From contig CAVOYO010000004.1 in the NCBI GenBank assembly GCA_963700695.1, positions 263,959-327,958 on the forward strand: DNA of 64,000 nucleotides. Direction: 5' to 3'. Every line of letters starts with the position of its first letter. Position 1 is the stretch's first letter. Under the pieces are notes generated by a model. The model was not told the origin of the DNA. It did no database searches and was given only the letters and a program-made list of their open reading frames with translations. The position numbers were made by a program, and so were the translations under genes. The DNA is from an uncultured Acidobacteriota bacterium (GTDB taxonomy: Bacteria; Acidobacteriota; Vicinamibacteria; Fen-336). This document shows positions 52,336 through 60,186 of the stretch, piece after piece.

Positions 52336-53580
52336 CTACGAGCCCTCGGCGTCCCCGGCGGGCGGGCCGGCGCGGGCGGTCAGCTCGGCTTCGCTCCGGG
52401 CGCGCTTTTCGTAGAAGCTCCGCACGACGCTCCACACCCGCGGGTGCTTGTGCGCGATCTTGCCGAGGGTGAGCCGGTCGATCTCGAGCAGCTCGCAGCG
52501 GCCCGCCGCGGTGACCGTCGCGGTGCGCGGGCTGCCCTCGAGCAGGGAGACCTCGCCGAAGAAGTCCCCCTCGCCGAGGACTCGAACGGCCGCATTCCGG
52601 CCCTCCGCGTCGCGGACGTACGTGCGGACGGATCCGGTCGTCACGACGAAGACGCTCTCCCCGGGCTCGCCCTCGGCCACCACGATCTCGCCGGGCGCGA
52701 AGGAGCGCAGCTCGAGACCGCGGATGACCTCGACGAGCTCGTCGACCGAGAAATCCGGGAAGAGGGGGGTCTGGACGACCGGCAGGCTCGTCATGTCCGA
52801 TGACTCGGGGGCCGCGCGCCCGCTGAAGACGTCCTCGATCAGACCGAGAACCTCGTCGCGGAAGGTGTCCTCGTCGCCCTCGAGTCCATCCTCTTCGGGA
52901 AGCGGGAACTCCTCGGGCTCGCCTTCGGTGGGGAGCAGGGGTTCGGACGAGGCCTCGGCTCGGGGCGGGGGCGACGGAAGGGGCAGGTCCTCCGCTTCCG
53001 GCTCGGTCGGCGGCCGTGCCTCGAGGACGGGGGGTGGACCGAGCTGGCGGCGGCGCCTCGACGACGGGGGTGGACCCGAGCTGGGCGGTGGCGCCTCGGT
53101 CACGAGGGGCGGGCCCGAGCTCGGCGGTGCCGCCACCACTTCGTCGGAAACCTCCTCGAGGTCCCCGAGGAAGGCTGGCGCGGGTGGGTCCTCGTACCGC
53201 GGGGGCGGGGGCTCGCTCGGCGTGGCCCGGGCCCGCACCCAGGGGTCCGGTGACGGGGCCTTCTCCTGGGTGATCAGGTAGGCGAGCTGCTCCTCCACCT
53301 CCGGCTGGCCCGGCGCCAGCCTTTGCGCCCGCTTGAGGATGGCGATGGCCTTGCCGGCCGCGCCGGAGAGGGCCAGGTCGTCGGCCAGCTCGAGGAGGAT
53401 CGGCACCGCCTCCTTCGGCCGGCCGGCCATGACGAGGACATCGGCGAGCTGACGCCGGAGCCGGGGGTCACGGCGGCGACGCTGGAGATCCTCGCGGATG
53501 ATCTCGATGGCCTTCGGGAACCGCTTCTTTGCGATCAGCTCCGAAAGGGCCGCGGCCCGAGTGTTGCCGAATCCCAGCAT
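52336..53580 (-). CDS. TPR-like N-terminus - Pro-rich repeat linker - cyclic-nucleotide-binding (cNMP) domain protein
   Basis: N-terminal helical repeats (KRFPKAIEIIREDLQ...VMAGRPKEAVPILLELADDL...AIAILKRAQRLAP). C-terminal cNMP fold: LRSFAPGEIVVAEGEPGESVFVVTTGSVRTYV...LGEGDFFGEVSLLEGSPRTATVTA. Confidence 0.8.
   Translation of the reverse strand: MLGFGNTRAAALSELIAKKRFPKAIEIIREDLQRRRRDPRLRRQLADVLVMAGRPKEAVPILLELADDLALSGAAGKAIAILKRAQRLAPGQPEVEEQLAYLITQEKAPSPDPWVRARATPSEPPPPRYEDPPAPAFLGDLEEVSDEVVAAPPSSGPPLVTEAPPPSSGPPPSSRRRRQLGPPPVLEARPPTEPEAEDLPLPSPPPRAEASSEPLLPTEGEPEEFPLPEEDGLEGDEDTFRDEVLGLIEDVFSGRAAPESSDMTSLPVVQTPLFPDFSVDELVEVIRGLELRSFAPGEIVVAEGEPGESVFVVTTGSVRTYVRDAEGRNAAVRVLGEGDFFGEVSLLEGSPRTATVTAAGRCELLEIDRLTLGKIAHKHPRVWSVVRSFYEKRARSEAELTARAGPPAGDAEGS
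53019..53133. repeat. Three tandem repeats of 37, 38 and 39 bp inside the cNMP-protein linker
   Basis: The three copies are cctcgaggacggggggtggaccgagctggcggcggcg / cctcgacgacgggggtggacccgagctgggcggtggcg / cctcggtcacgaggggcgggcccgagctcggcggtgccg. On the minus strand they encode AAPPSSGPPLVTE-type units. Confidence 0.75.
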
Positions 53581-53787
53581 GCTCGCCTCCTTCAGGCGTG
53601 TCCGGGCGAACCTCGCGAACGCGCCCCAAGAGTGGAACCTCTTGGGGCGCCTCAGTCAAGGAGGGACCTCGAGGCCGGGCCCGTCCGAGGAGAAGGGAGG
53701 TGAGGCTCGAGCGGACCCCGACCCGGCCCGGGGGGGCTCGCGACGGCCCGTCTGCTAAAATGTTCCGATTGACATCGCGGAGGTGGG

Positions 53788-56007
53788 ATGGGGCTTGGGA
53801 TTCGGATCAACTCGAAGACGTTTCTGTTCCTCTTCACCCTCGCCCTCGTCCTCGTCCTCGTCGAAACCGTCTCAGCCGCCGGCCCGGACAAGACCCTCCA
53901 GGCCATCCCGATCTCGGAGCCCATCACGCTCGATGGTGTGCTCAACGAGCCGGCCTGGGCCCGGGCGCCGGTCGGGACGGACTTCGTTCAACGCGAGCCG
54001 GACACCGGGCAGCCCGCGTCGCAGCGTACCGAGATCCGGGTCGTCTACACTCCACAGACCCTCTACATCGCGGTCAACGCCCTCGACACCGAGCCCGACA
54101 AGGTCATCGCCAAGGAGATGCAGCGGGACGAGCCGCTGTGGCGCGACGATGCCGTCGACATCCTGCTCGACACCTTTGACGACGACCGCAACGCGTACCT
54201 CTTCGAGACCAACGCCAACGGTGCCCGTACCGATGCGTTGATCACCGACGAGGGCGGAAACTTCAACCTCCAGTGGGACGGCGTGTGGGACGTGGGTGCC
54301 CGCAAGACGCCCGAAGGCTGGTGCGCCGAGATCGCCATCCCCTTCCGGACGCTGCGCTTCGATCCCGAGGTCGAGGCCTGGGGCTTCAACGTCCTCCGCT
54401 ACGTCCGCCGCCGCGCCGAGCAGTCCTTCTGGGCCCCGATCCTGCTCGACGCCGACGTGAAGAGAGTGTCCCAGTACGGCCGCCTGACCGGCATCCGTGG
54501 CGTCGAGCAGGGGTGGAACCTGAACGTGTTGCCGTTCGTCGTGGGCACCTCTGCCGACACTCCCGAGCCGGACGATCCGAGGAACGGCGAGGACATCGAC
54601 ATCGGCCTGGACGTCAAGAAGGGCCTGGGACGGGGCCTGAGCCTCGACCTCACCTTCAACACGGACTTCGCCGAGACTGAGGTGGACGCCCTCCAGGTGA
54701 ACCTCACCCGCTTCTCGCTGTTCTTCCCCGAAAAGCGGGAGTTCTTCCTGGAGAACGCCGGCATCTTCGATTTCGGCCCGCGAGACACCGGGATCTGGAC
54801 CCCGGGCGTCGGCCGGGACGCGCCTCTCCTGAAGGTGTTCTTCTCCCGGCGCATCGGGCTCTCCCCGGGTGGGGAGGAGGTGCCCATCCAGTGGGGCGCG
54901 CGCCTCACCGGCCGCGCCGGCGGCTGGAACGTCGGGGCCCTCGACGTCCAGACCGACGAGGTGGACGTTGGAGCCCCGGTGAGCGTCCCGCGCAACAACT
55001 GGGGCACGCTGCGGACGACGCGCAACTTCGGTGAGCGCTCCAGCGTGGGCGCGATCTTCACCCAGCGCTACGCCTCGGAGAACACCAACCGGGTGTTCGG
55101 GGCCGACCTCGACTACAAGCCAACGCCCAACCTGGGCACCTACACATACGTGGCGGGCAGCGACAACACCGGCTTCGGGATGGCGAGCGACTGGGCGGCG
55201 GGGACCGCCGCCTCCTGGGATGGGCAGTCCTGGGACTGGCGCGTCGGCTTCGACCGGATCGGGGAGGACTTCGACCCGCAGGTCGGGTTCCTCTTGAGGC
55301 GCGGCGTCCACCGGTACGACGGGCGCGCCACCTACGAGCCCCGGCCGACGATTCCCCGGATCATGAATCTCCACTTCGAGTACTCGGGCCAGATGTACAC
55401 CGACCTCGCCGGGCAGATGGAGACCCAGCGGCACCGGCTGGACGTCTTCGGTCTGCGGACGGCCAGCGCCGACGAAGCGACACTCTACGGGACCTACGGC
55501 TTCGAACGCCTCTTCGAGCCCTTCGAGATCGTCCCGGGAGTCGTGATCCCCCAAGGGGACCACTCCTTCCCTGCGGCCGGGGTGCGCTTCCTGACCCACA
55601 GCTCCCGTCCCGTCTCGGTCGAGGGGCTGGTCGAGGCCGGCCAGTTCTACGACGGCAACCGGTTCGGGGGGGAGTTCCTCCTGCGCCTGCGCCCGAACCG
55701 CTTCCTCCGCGCCGAGACCGCGTGGGTGTTCGACGACGTCGAGGTCTCGGGGGGAGAGTTCACGTCGCAGGTCATCCGACAGCGCTTCGCGGTAGCGCTC
55801 ACCCCACGCGTCCTGTCCAGCTTCTTCGTGCAGTACAACCACCTTGCCGAGCTGTGGTCGGTCAACTTCCGGTTCAACTGGATCTACCGTCCCGGCTCCG
55901 ACCTGTTCGTCGTCTACCGGCAGACCTGGGACACATCGGGAAACAGCGCCTCCCCCCGCCTCGACCGCCGCTTCATCGTCAAGTTCACGTACCTCTTCCA
56001 GCGGTAG
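53788..56007 (+). CDS. Secreted CBM9-like + DUF5916 beta-barrel-type protein, intact 739 aa
   Basis: Signal peptide FLFLFTLALVLVLVETVSA. CBM9-like region ITLDGVLNEPAWARAPVGTDFVQREPDTGQPASQRTEIRVVYTPQTLYIAV...DDAVDILLDTFDDDRNAYLFETNANGARTD...WCAEIAIPFRTLRF. A long beta-rich C-terminus ends FTYLFQR. The family names are from memory. Confidence 0.7.
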   Translation: MGLGIRINSKTFLFLFTLALVLVLVETVSAAGPDKTLQAIPISEPITLDGVLNEPAWARAPVGTDFVQREPDTGQPASQRTEIRVVYTPQTLYIAVNALDTEPDKVIAKEMQRDEPLWRDDAVDILLDTFDDDRNAYLFETNANGARTDALITDEGGNFNLQWDGVWDVGARKTPEGWCAEIAIPFRTLRFDPEVEAWGFNVLRYVRRRAEQSFWAPILLDADVKRVSQYGRLTGIRGVEQGWNLNVLPFVVGTSADTPEPDDPRNGEDIDIGLDVKKGLGRGLSLDLTFNTDFAETEVDALQVNLTRFSLFFPEKREFFLENAGIFDFGPRDTGIWTPGVGRDAPLLKVFFSRRIGLSPGGEEVPIQWGARLTGRAGGWNVGALDVQTDEVDVGAPVSVPRNNWGTLRTTRNFGERSSVGAIFTQRYASENTNRVFGADLDYKPTPNLGTYTYVAGSDNTGFGMASDWAAGTAASWDGQSWDWRVGFDRIGEDFDPQVGFLLRRGVHRYDGRATYEPRPTIPRIMNLHFEYSGQMYTDLAGQMETQRHRLDVFGLRTASADEATLYGTYGFERLFEPFEIVPGVVIPQGDHSFPAAGVRFLTHSSRPVSVEGLVEAGQFYDGNRFGGEFLLRLRPNRFLRAETAWVFDDVEVSGGEFTSQVIRQRFAVALTPRVLSSFFVQYNHLAELWSVNFRFNWIYRPGSDLFVVYRQTWDTSGNSASPRLDRRFIVKFTYLFQR

Positions 56008-56235
56008 CGCGCCGACGGCCTGTCCTTCGGACCCGACAAGGTGGTGGTGGCCCGGTCCGGAGACCTCGCGTACGACAACGGCTCCCACGCTCTGACGATG
56101 AGCGACCCAGAAGGGAATCCGGTGACCCAAAAGGGGCACTACGTGGACGTCTGGAGGAAGAACGCGGCCGGCGGGTGGAAGGTCGCGGTGGACGCCCCGG
56201 TGTCGGACCCTCCGGAGGAGCCGACCGCCGAGTAG
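56008..56235 (+). pseudogene. 3' remnant of a SnoaL/DUF4440 (NTF2-like) gene directly abutting the preceding stop codon
   Basis: Immediately after TAG 56005-56007, in the same frame: RADGLSFGPDKVVVARSGDLAYDNGSHALTMSDPEGNPVTQKGHYVDVWRKNAAGGWKVAVDAPVSDPPEEPTAE*. The GxYVxVWRKxxxGxWK motif is the C-terminal half of the fold, and the N-terminal half is absent. Confidence 0.55.
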
Positions 56236-56320
56236 GAGGAGCCGCCCCCTGATCGATCGGGGCTAGTGCGTCACCGCCGCCATCGGCGCCGGCGGGAGGG
56301 GCGAGGTGTACTCTCCGCAA

Positions 56321-57697
56321 TCATGGCATGCTGCCCTGCAAGGCCAGGCAGGCCAAGGCGATCTGCGTCTTGGTGAGAGACACCAGGTTCGATATCTCCA
56401 TGGCTTCGTTGATGCCGTGGATGCCGGGGCGGGTCGTGTCGGAATCCGGAGTCAATGGAGCGAAACCATAGGTACGGGCGCCCAGGGGGCGAACGCAGCG
56501 GGAGTCCGTGAACCCGACGGTCAGTTCCGGGATCATGATGATGTCCTGGCCCAGCACCTTCTCGGTGGAGCGCTTCATCAGGTCAACGAAAGGGTCGTCG
56601 GCCGGCGAGGAATTGGAGACCGCCCATGTGGCGAGGTCGTAGCTGACGCCGCTCAGACCGTCGATCAGCTTGTCCAACTCCCGGCGCACATAGGCCTCAT
56701 CCTGATGGGGCAGCGTGCGCACGTCGCAGATCAGGGTGGCACCGGCAGGAATGCTGTTGGACTTGGCACCGGCCGCGGTAATGGTCGGGGCGATCGAAAT
56801 TCGCGACATCCCCTTGAGTTCGCGGGCCAGTCCCTCGTAGGTGCCTTCCAGCTCATCCAACAGGCGGTCGACGTTGTCCGTCGTCACCTCGCCCGCAACG
56901 CCGAACAAGTGCAGATGCGAGTAGACCGGCAGACTCAGGTCGATTTCCGCCTCGTTCTGGTACTGCTGCAAACGCCTGAGCAATTCGGCCAGCTTGTACA
57001 GGGCATTGTCTGCGTACCATGGAAGTGCCCCGTGGGCGCTGCGGCCGGCAAAGGAAAAGCGCGCCTCGATGCGGCCTTTCTCTCCGACGGCAAGCAGGTA
57101 GGCCTGCTGTCCATCCACGGTCTTGAGCGGCATACCGCCGCCCTCGTTCACGGCCCAGTCCGAGCGGATCCTGTCCGGATGGTTGGCCGCCAGCCATTGA
57201 GTCCCGTAGCGCCCGCCGGATTCCTCGTCGGCGGCAGCGAGCAAACGGAGATTTCCCTTCAAGGAGACTCTCGCCCGTTTGAGCAGAATCATGGCCATGG
57301 ACCCGGAGCAGACCAGAGATTTGCAGTCGTCGCTGCCGCGACCCCACACCGTTCCGTCGACGACCTCGCCGCTGAACGGCGGAAGATCCCACTTGCTCTC
57401 ATCTTCGACCGGAACAACATCGGTGTGGGACATGAACATCAGGCTGGGCGCGGCCTGGTTTCCCATATTGGCGATGAAGTTGCCCCTTCCCGGCGCCGAT
57501 TCCAGGGTGAGGTTGGCGATGCCTTCGGCATTGAGTCGCTGCTCCAGGAGGCGGCAGACTTCGGTTTCGTTGCCGCCGTCCGGCGCGCCGGTGTTGACCG
57601 ACTGAATTCTCACGAGGTCCTGCTCCAGCGCAACCACTTCGTCCGTCGCTTCGTCCACCATGTCGAACAGCTTCATCAAGTCCTGATCGTCGATCAC
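56321..57697 (-). CDS. M20-family metallopeptidase (ArgE/DapE/ACY1-like), intact, lower GC than its neighbours
   Basis: SLMFMSHTDVVPV...WGRGSDDCKS...LLAAADEESGG...AVNEGGG...FAGRSAHGALP...PTITAAGAKSNSIPA. Two hand-counted samples gave 59% (80 nt at 56321-56400) and 65% (60 nt at 57001-57060). Confidence 0.8.
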   Translation of the reverse strand: MIDDQDLMKLFDMVDEATDEVVALEQDLVRIQSVNTGAPDGGNETEVCRLLEQRLNAEGIANLTLESAPGRGNFIANMGNQAAPSLMFMSHTDVVPVEDESKWDLPPFSGEVVDGTVWGRGSDDCKSLVCSGSMAMILLKRARVSLKGNLRLLAAADEESGGRYGTQWLAANHPDRIRSDWAVNEGGGMPLKTVDGQQAYLLAVGEKGRIEARFSFAGRSAHGALPWYADNALYKLAELLRRLQQYQNEAEIDLSLPVYSHLHLFGVAGEVTTDNVDRLLDELEGTYEGLARELKGMSRISIAPTITAAGAKSNSIPAGATLICDVRTLPHQDEAYVRRELDKLIDGLSGVSYDLATWAVSNSSPADDPFVDLMKRSTEKVLGQDIIMIPELTVGFTDSRCVRPLGARTYGFAPLTPDSDTTRPGIHGINEAMEISNLVSLTKTQIALACLALQGSMP

Positions 57698-57900
57698 TCT
57701 TCCTCCCTTCCCGCTGGAGACGAAGGGGCTGGTCTGCTCTCAACCCTCGTGTTCTTGCTCCCGCTCAAGATACACGAATCGCCCACGCCACCACACCCCG
57801 CTCGAGACGGATACACGGCGGGAGGGACTTCCACTCCCACACGGGGACCAGAGATCCTTGATATGCTCTCTGGCCGAGCATAGTGTCCCAACTGAGGCCC

Positions 57901-60186
57901 ATGCGCAGAGCCCTGGCCGGTTTCCCTCTCCTCGCCCTGCTGGCCGTCGGCGTCTGGTTCCTGATGGGCCGTGAGGGCCCTCTCGCCCCCTTCGGCCGGA
58001 CCCGGACGCACCTGCTTCTGGTCTCCATCGACACCCTGAGAGCCGACGCCCTCGGCAGCTACGGCTACGCCAAGGCCCAGACGCCCCGTCTCGATGCCCT
58101 GGGCGCGCAGGGCCTGCGCTTCGAGCAGGCCACCACGGTGGCCCCGCTCACGTTGCCCGCACACTCGTCGCTGCTGACCGGGACCTTCCCCGCCACCCAC
58201 GGGGTCCGGGACAACGGCGGCTTCTACCTCGGAGACGAGCAGGTCACCCTCGCCGAGGTCTTGCGCGGCGAGGGGTACCGTACGGGGGCCTTCGTCGGGG
58301 CCTTCGTCCTCGACTCCCGCTGGGGGACGCACCAGGGCTTCGACCGCTACTTCGACGAGTTCGACCTGTCCGAGATGACGGGTGGCGGCATGGCCAGCGT
58401 GCAGCGGAGGGGCGACGAGGTGGTGGCGGAGGCCCTGCGCTGGCTCGGCGAAGAATCGGAGGCGCCGTTCTTCGGCTGGGTGCACCTCTACGATCCACAC
58501 ACCCCGTACGAGGCCCCCGAACCCTATCCCTCCCGCTTCCCTCGCACCCGCTCAGGGGCCTATGACGCCGAGATCGCCTGGACCGACGCGCTGGTGGGAC
58601 GGCTGCTGGACGGTCTGGCGGAGCAAGGCCATCTCGAGGACACCCTGGTCGTCGTTCTCGGGGACCACGGGGAGGCCCTGGGGGCGCACAAGGAGCTGGA
58701 CCACGGCTTCTTCGTATATGACGAGGCGGTGCAGATCCCGCTCATGATCGCCGGCCCGGGGGTGCCTTCGCGAGTGGTGCCCGAGCAGGTTCGCATCGTC
58801 GACGTGATGCCCACCGCACTCGAGTTGCTGGGCATCGAGGCTCCGGCAAGCGTCCAGGGGACCAGCCTCGTCCCTCTGGGCCGCGGCCAGGAGCTGAAGC
58901 TCCTCGCCCTCGCGGAGAGCTGGTACCCCCGGTACCACTACGGGTGGAGCGAGCTCGTGGCCGTGCGCGACGGTCGCTACAAGCTCATCCAGGCCCCTCG
59001 CCGCGAGCTGTACGACCTGGCTGAAGACCCCGGGGAGCTCCACGACCTGGCCGCCGAGCAGCCGGAGCGGGCCGATGCCCTGGAGCAGGCCCTGGAAGAC
59101 CTGCTGGAGCGGGTGACCAACGAGGACGCTGCGCGGGGGCCCTCCATCATGGACCGGGAGACCGAAGAGCGCCTCCAGGCCCTGGGTTACATCGGCGGCG
59201 GCATCAGCCCCGGCAACCTCGAGGACCGGCCCCGAGGGGACCCGAAGGACAAGATCGGCCTCTTCAACCTCTTGCGGCAGGCAACTCAGGCCTTTTCGCA
59301 GGAGCGAGTCGACGACGCCATCGCCCAGGTCCAGCAGGCCCTGGCCGTGGATCCGGAGATCGTGGAGGCTCACCGGCTGCTCGGGATGTTCTACGAGAAG
59401 GCCGGGCGTCCCGAGGAGGGGATCGAGGCCTACCAGCGGGCCCTGGAGCTCGACCCCGAGCACCAGGCCGCCCTCTTCGGCCTGGCGGTGGCCCACCGGA
59501 AGGCAGGGAGGCTGGACGACGCGGAGATCGGCTTCGAACGGGCCCACGAGCTCGATCCGAGAGACGGCAAGGTGCTCTGGCAGCTGGCGGACATCCGCAT
59601 GCGCCAGAAACGCTTCGACGAGGCCGAGGGGACCCTGAGAGAGGCCCTGGCGCTGGGGGTGGACCAGCCGAAGTTCCGCTTGAAGCTGGGCGAGTGCTAC
59701 ATCGAGATGGAGCGGCATGCCGACGCCGAGAGGGTCATCTCGAAGGCCCTGGAGGAGGAGCCCGAGCTGCCGCGGGCCCACTTCAACCTGGCTCTCGCCC
59801 ACGAGGCCCGCGGCCAGATCGAGCGAGCCGTGGCCGAGTACGAAAAGGAGATCGCCCAGACGCCCAAGGCCTTCAAGGCCGCCTTCAACCTGGGCAAGCT
59901 GCTGATGCGTGCGCGCCCCGAGGAAGCTCGGGCCAGGTTCCGCGAATCCGTCGACTGGAACCCGGAGTTCGGGACGGGCTACCTGTACCTGGCCAAGACC
60001 CTGCTCGACGCCGGGGAGCTGGAGGAGGCCGAGGAAGCCGCTCAGCAGGGACTGGCCAAGAATCCGGAGCCGGAGACGGCCCCGCTGGGACACTACATCC
60101 TGGCCGACATCTACAGCCGCCGCGGGCGCCCGGAGGAAGCGGCACGCCAGGTCGCGGCGGCGCGCAGGCTGGAGCGAGGCGATTGA
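57901..60186 (+). CDS. Sulfatase-like (alkaline-phosphatase superfamily) domain fused to C-terminal TPR repeats, membrane-anchored
   Basis: MRRALAGFPLLALLAVGVWFL; LLLVSIDTLRADALGSYG...APLTLPAHSSLLTG (Thr/His where true sulfatases have Cys or Ser/Arg)...VVLGDHGEALGAHKELDHG. About 300 aa of TPR follow (AIAQVQQALAVDPEIVEAHRLLGMFYEKAGRPEEGIEAYQRALELDP...). Confidence 0.8.
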   Translation: MRRALAGFPLLALLAVGVWFLMGREGPLAPFGRTRTHLLLVSIDTLRADALGSYGYAKAQTPRLDALGAQGLRFEQATTVAPLTLPAHSSLLTGTFPATHGVRDNGGFYLGDEQVTLAEVLRGEGYRTGAFVGAFVLDSRWGTHQGFDRYFDEFDLSEMTGGGMASVQRRGDEVVAEALRWLGEESEAPFFGWVHLYDPHTPYEAPEPYPSRFPRTRSGAYDAEIAWTDALVGRLLDGLAEQGHLEDTLVVVLGDHGEALGAHKELDHGFFVYDEAVQIPLMIAGPGVPSRVVPEQVRIVDVMPTALELLGIEAPASVQGTSLVPLGRGQELKLLALAESWYPRYHYGWSELVAVRDGRYKLIQAPRRELYDLAEDPGELHDLAAEQPERADALEQALEDLLERVTNEDAARGPSIMDRETEERLQALGYIGGGISPGNLEDRPRGDPKDKIGLFNLLRQATQAFSQERVDDAIAQVQQALAVDPEIVEAHRLLGMFYEKAGRPEEGIEAYQRALELDPEHQAALFGLAVAHRKAGRLDDAEIGFERAHELDPRDGKVLWQLADIRMRQKRFDEAEGTLREALALGVDQPKFRLKLGECYIEMERHADAERVISKALEEEPELPRAHFNLALAHEARGQIERAVAEYEKEIAQTPKAFKAAFNLGKLLMRARPEEARARFRESVDWNPEFGTGYLYLAKTLLDAGELEEAEEAAQQGLAKNPEPETAPLGHYILADIYSRRGRPEEAARQVAAARRLERGD

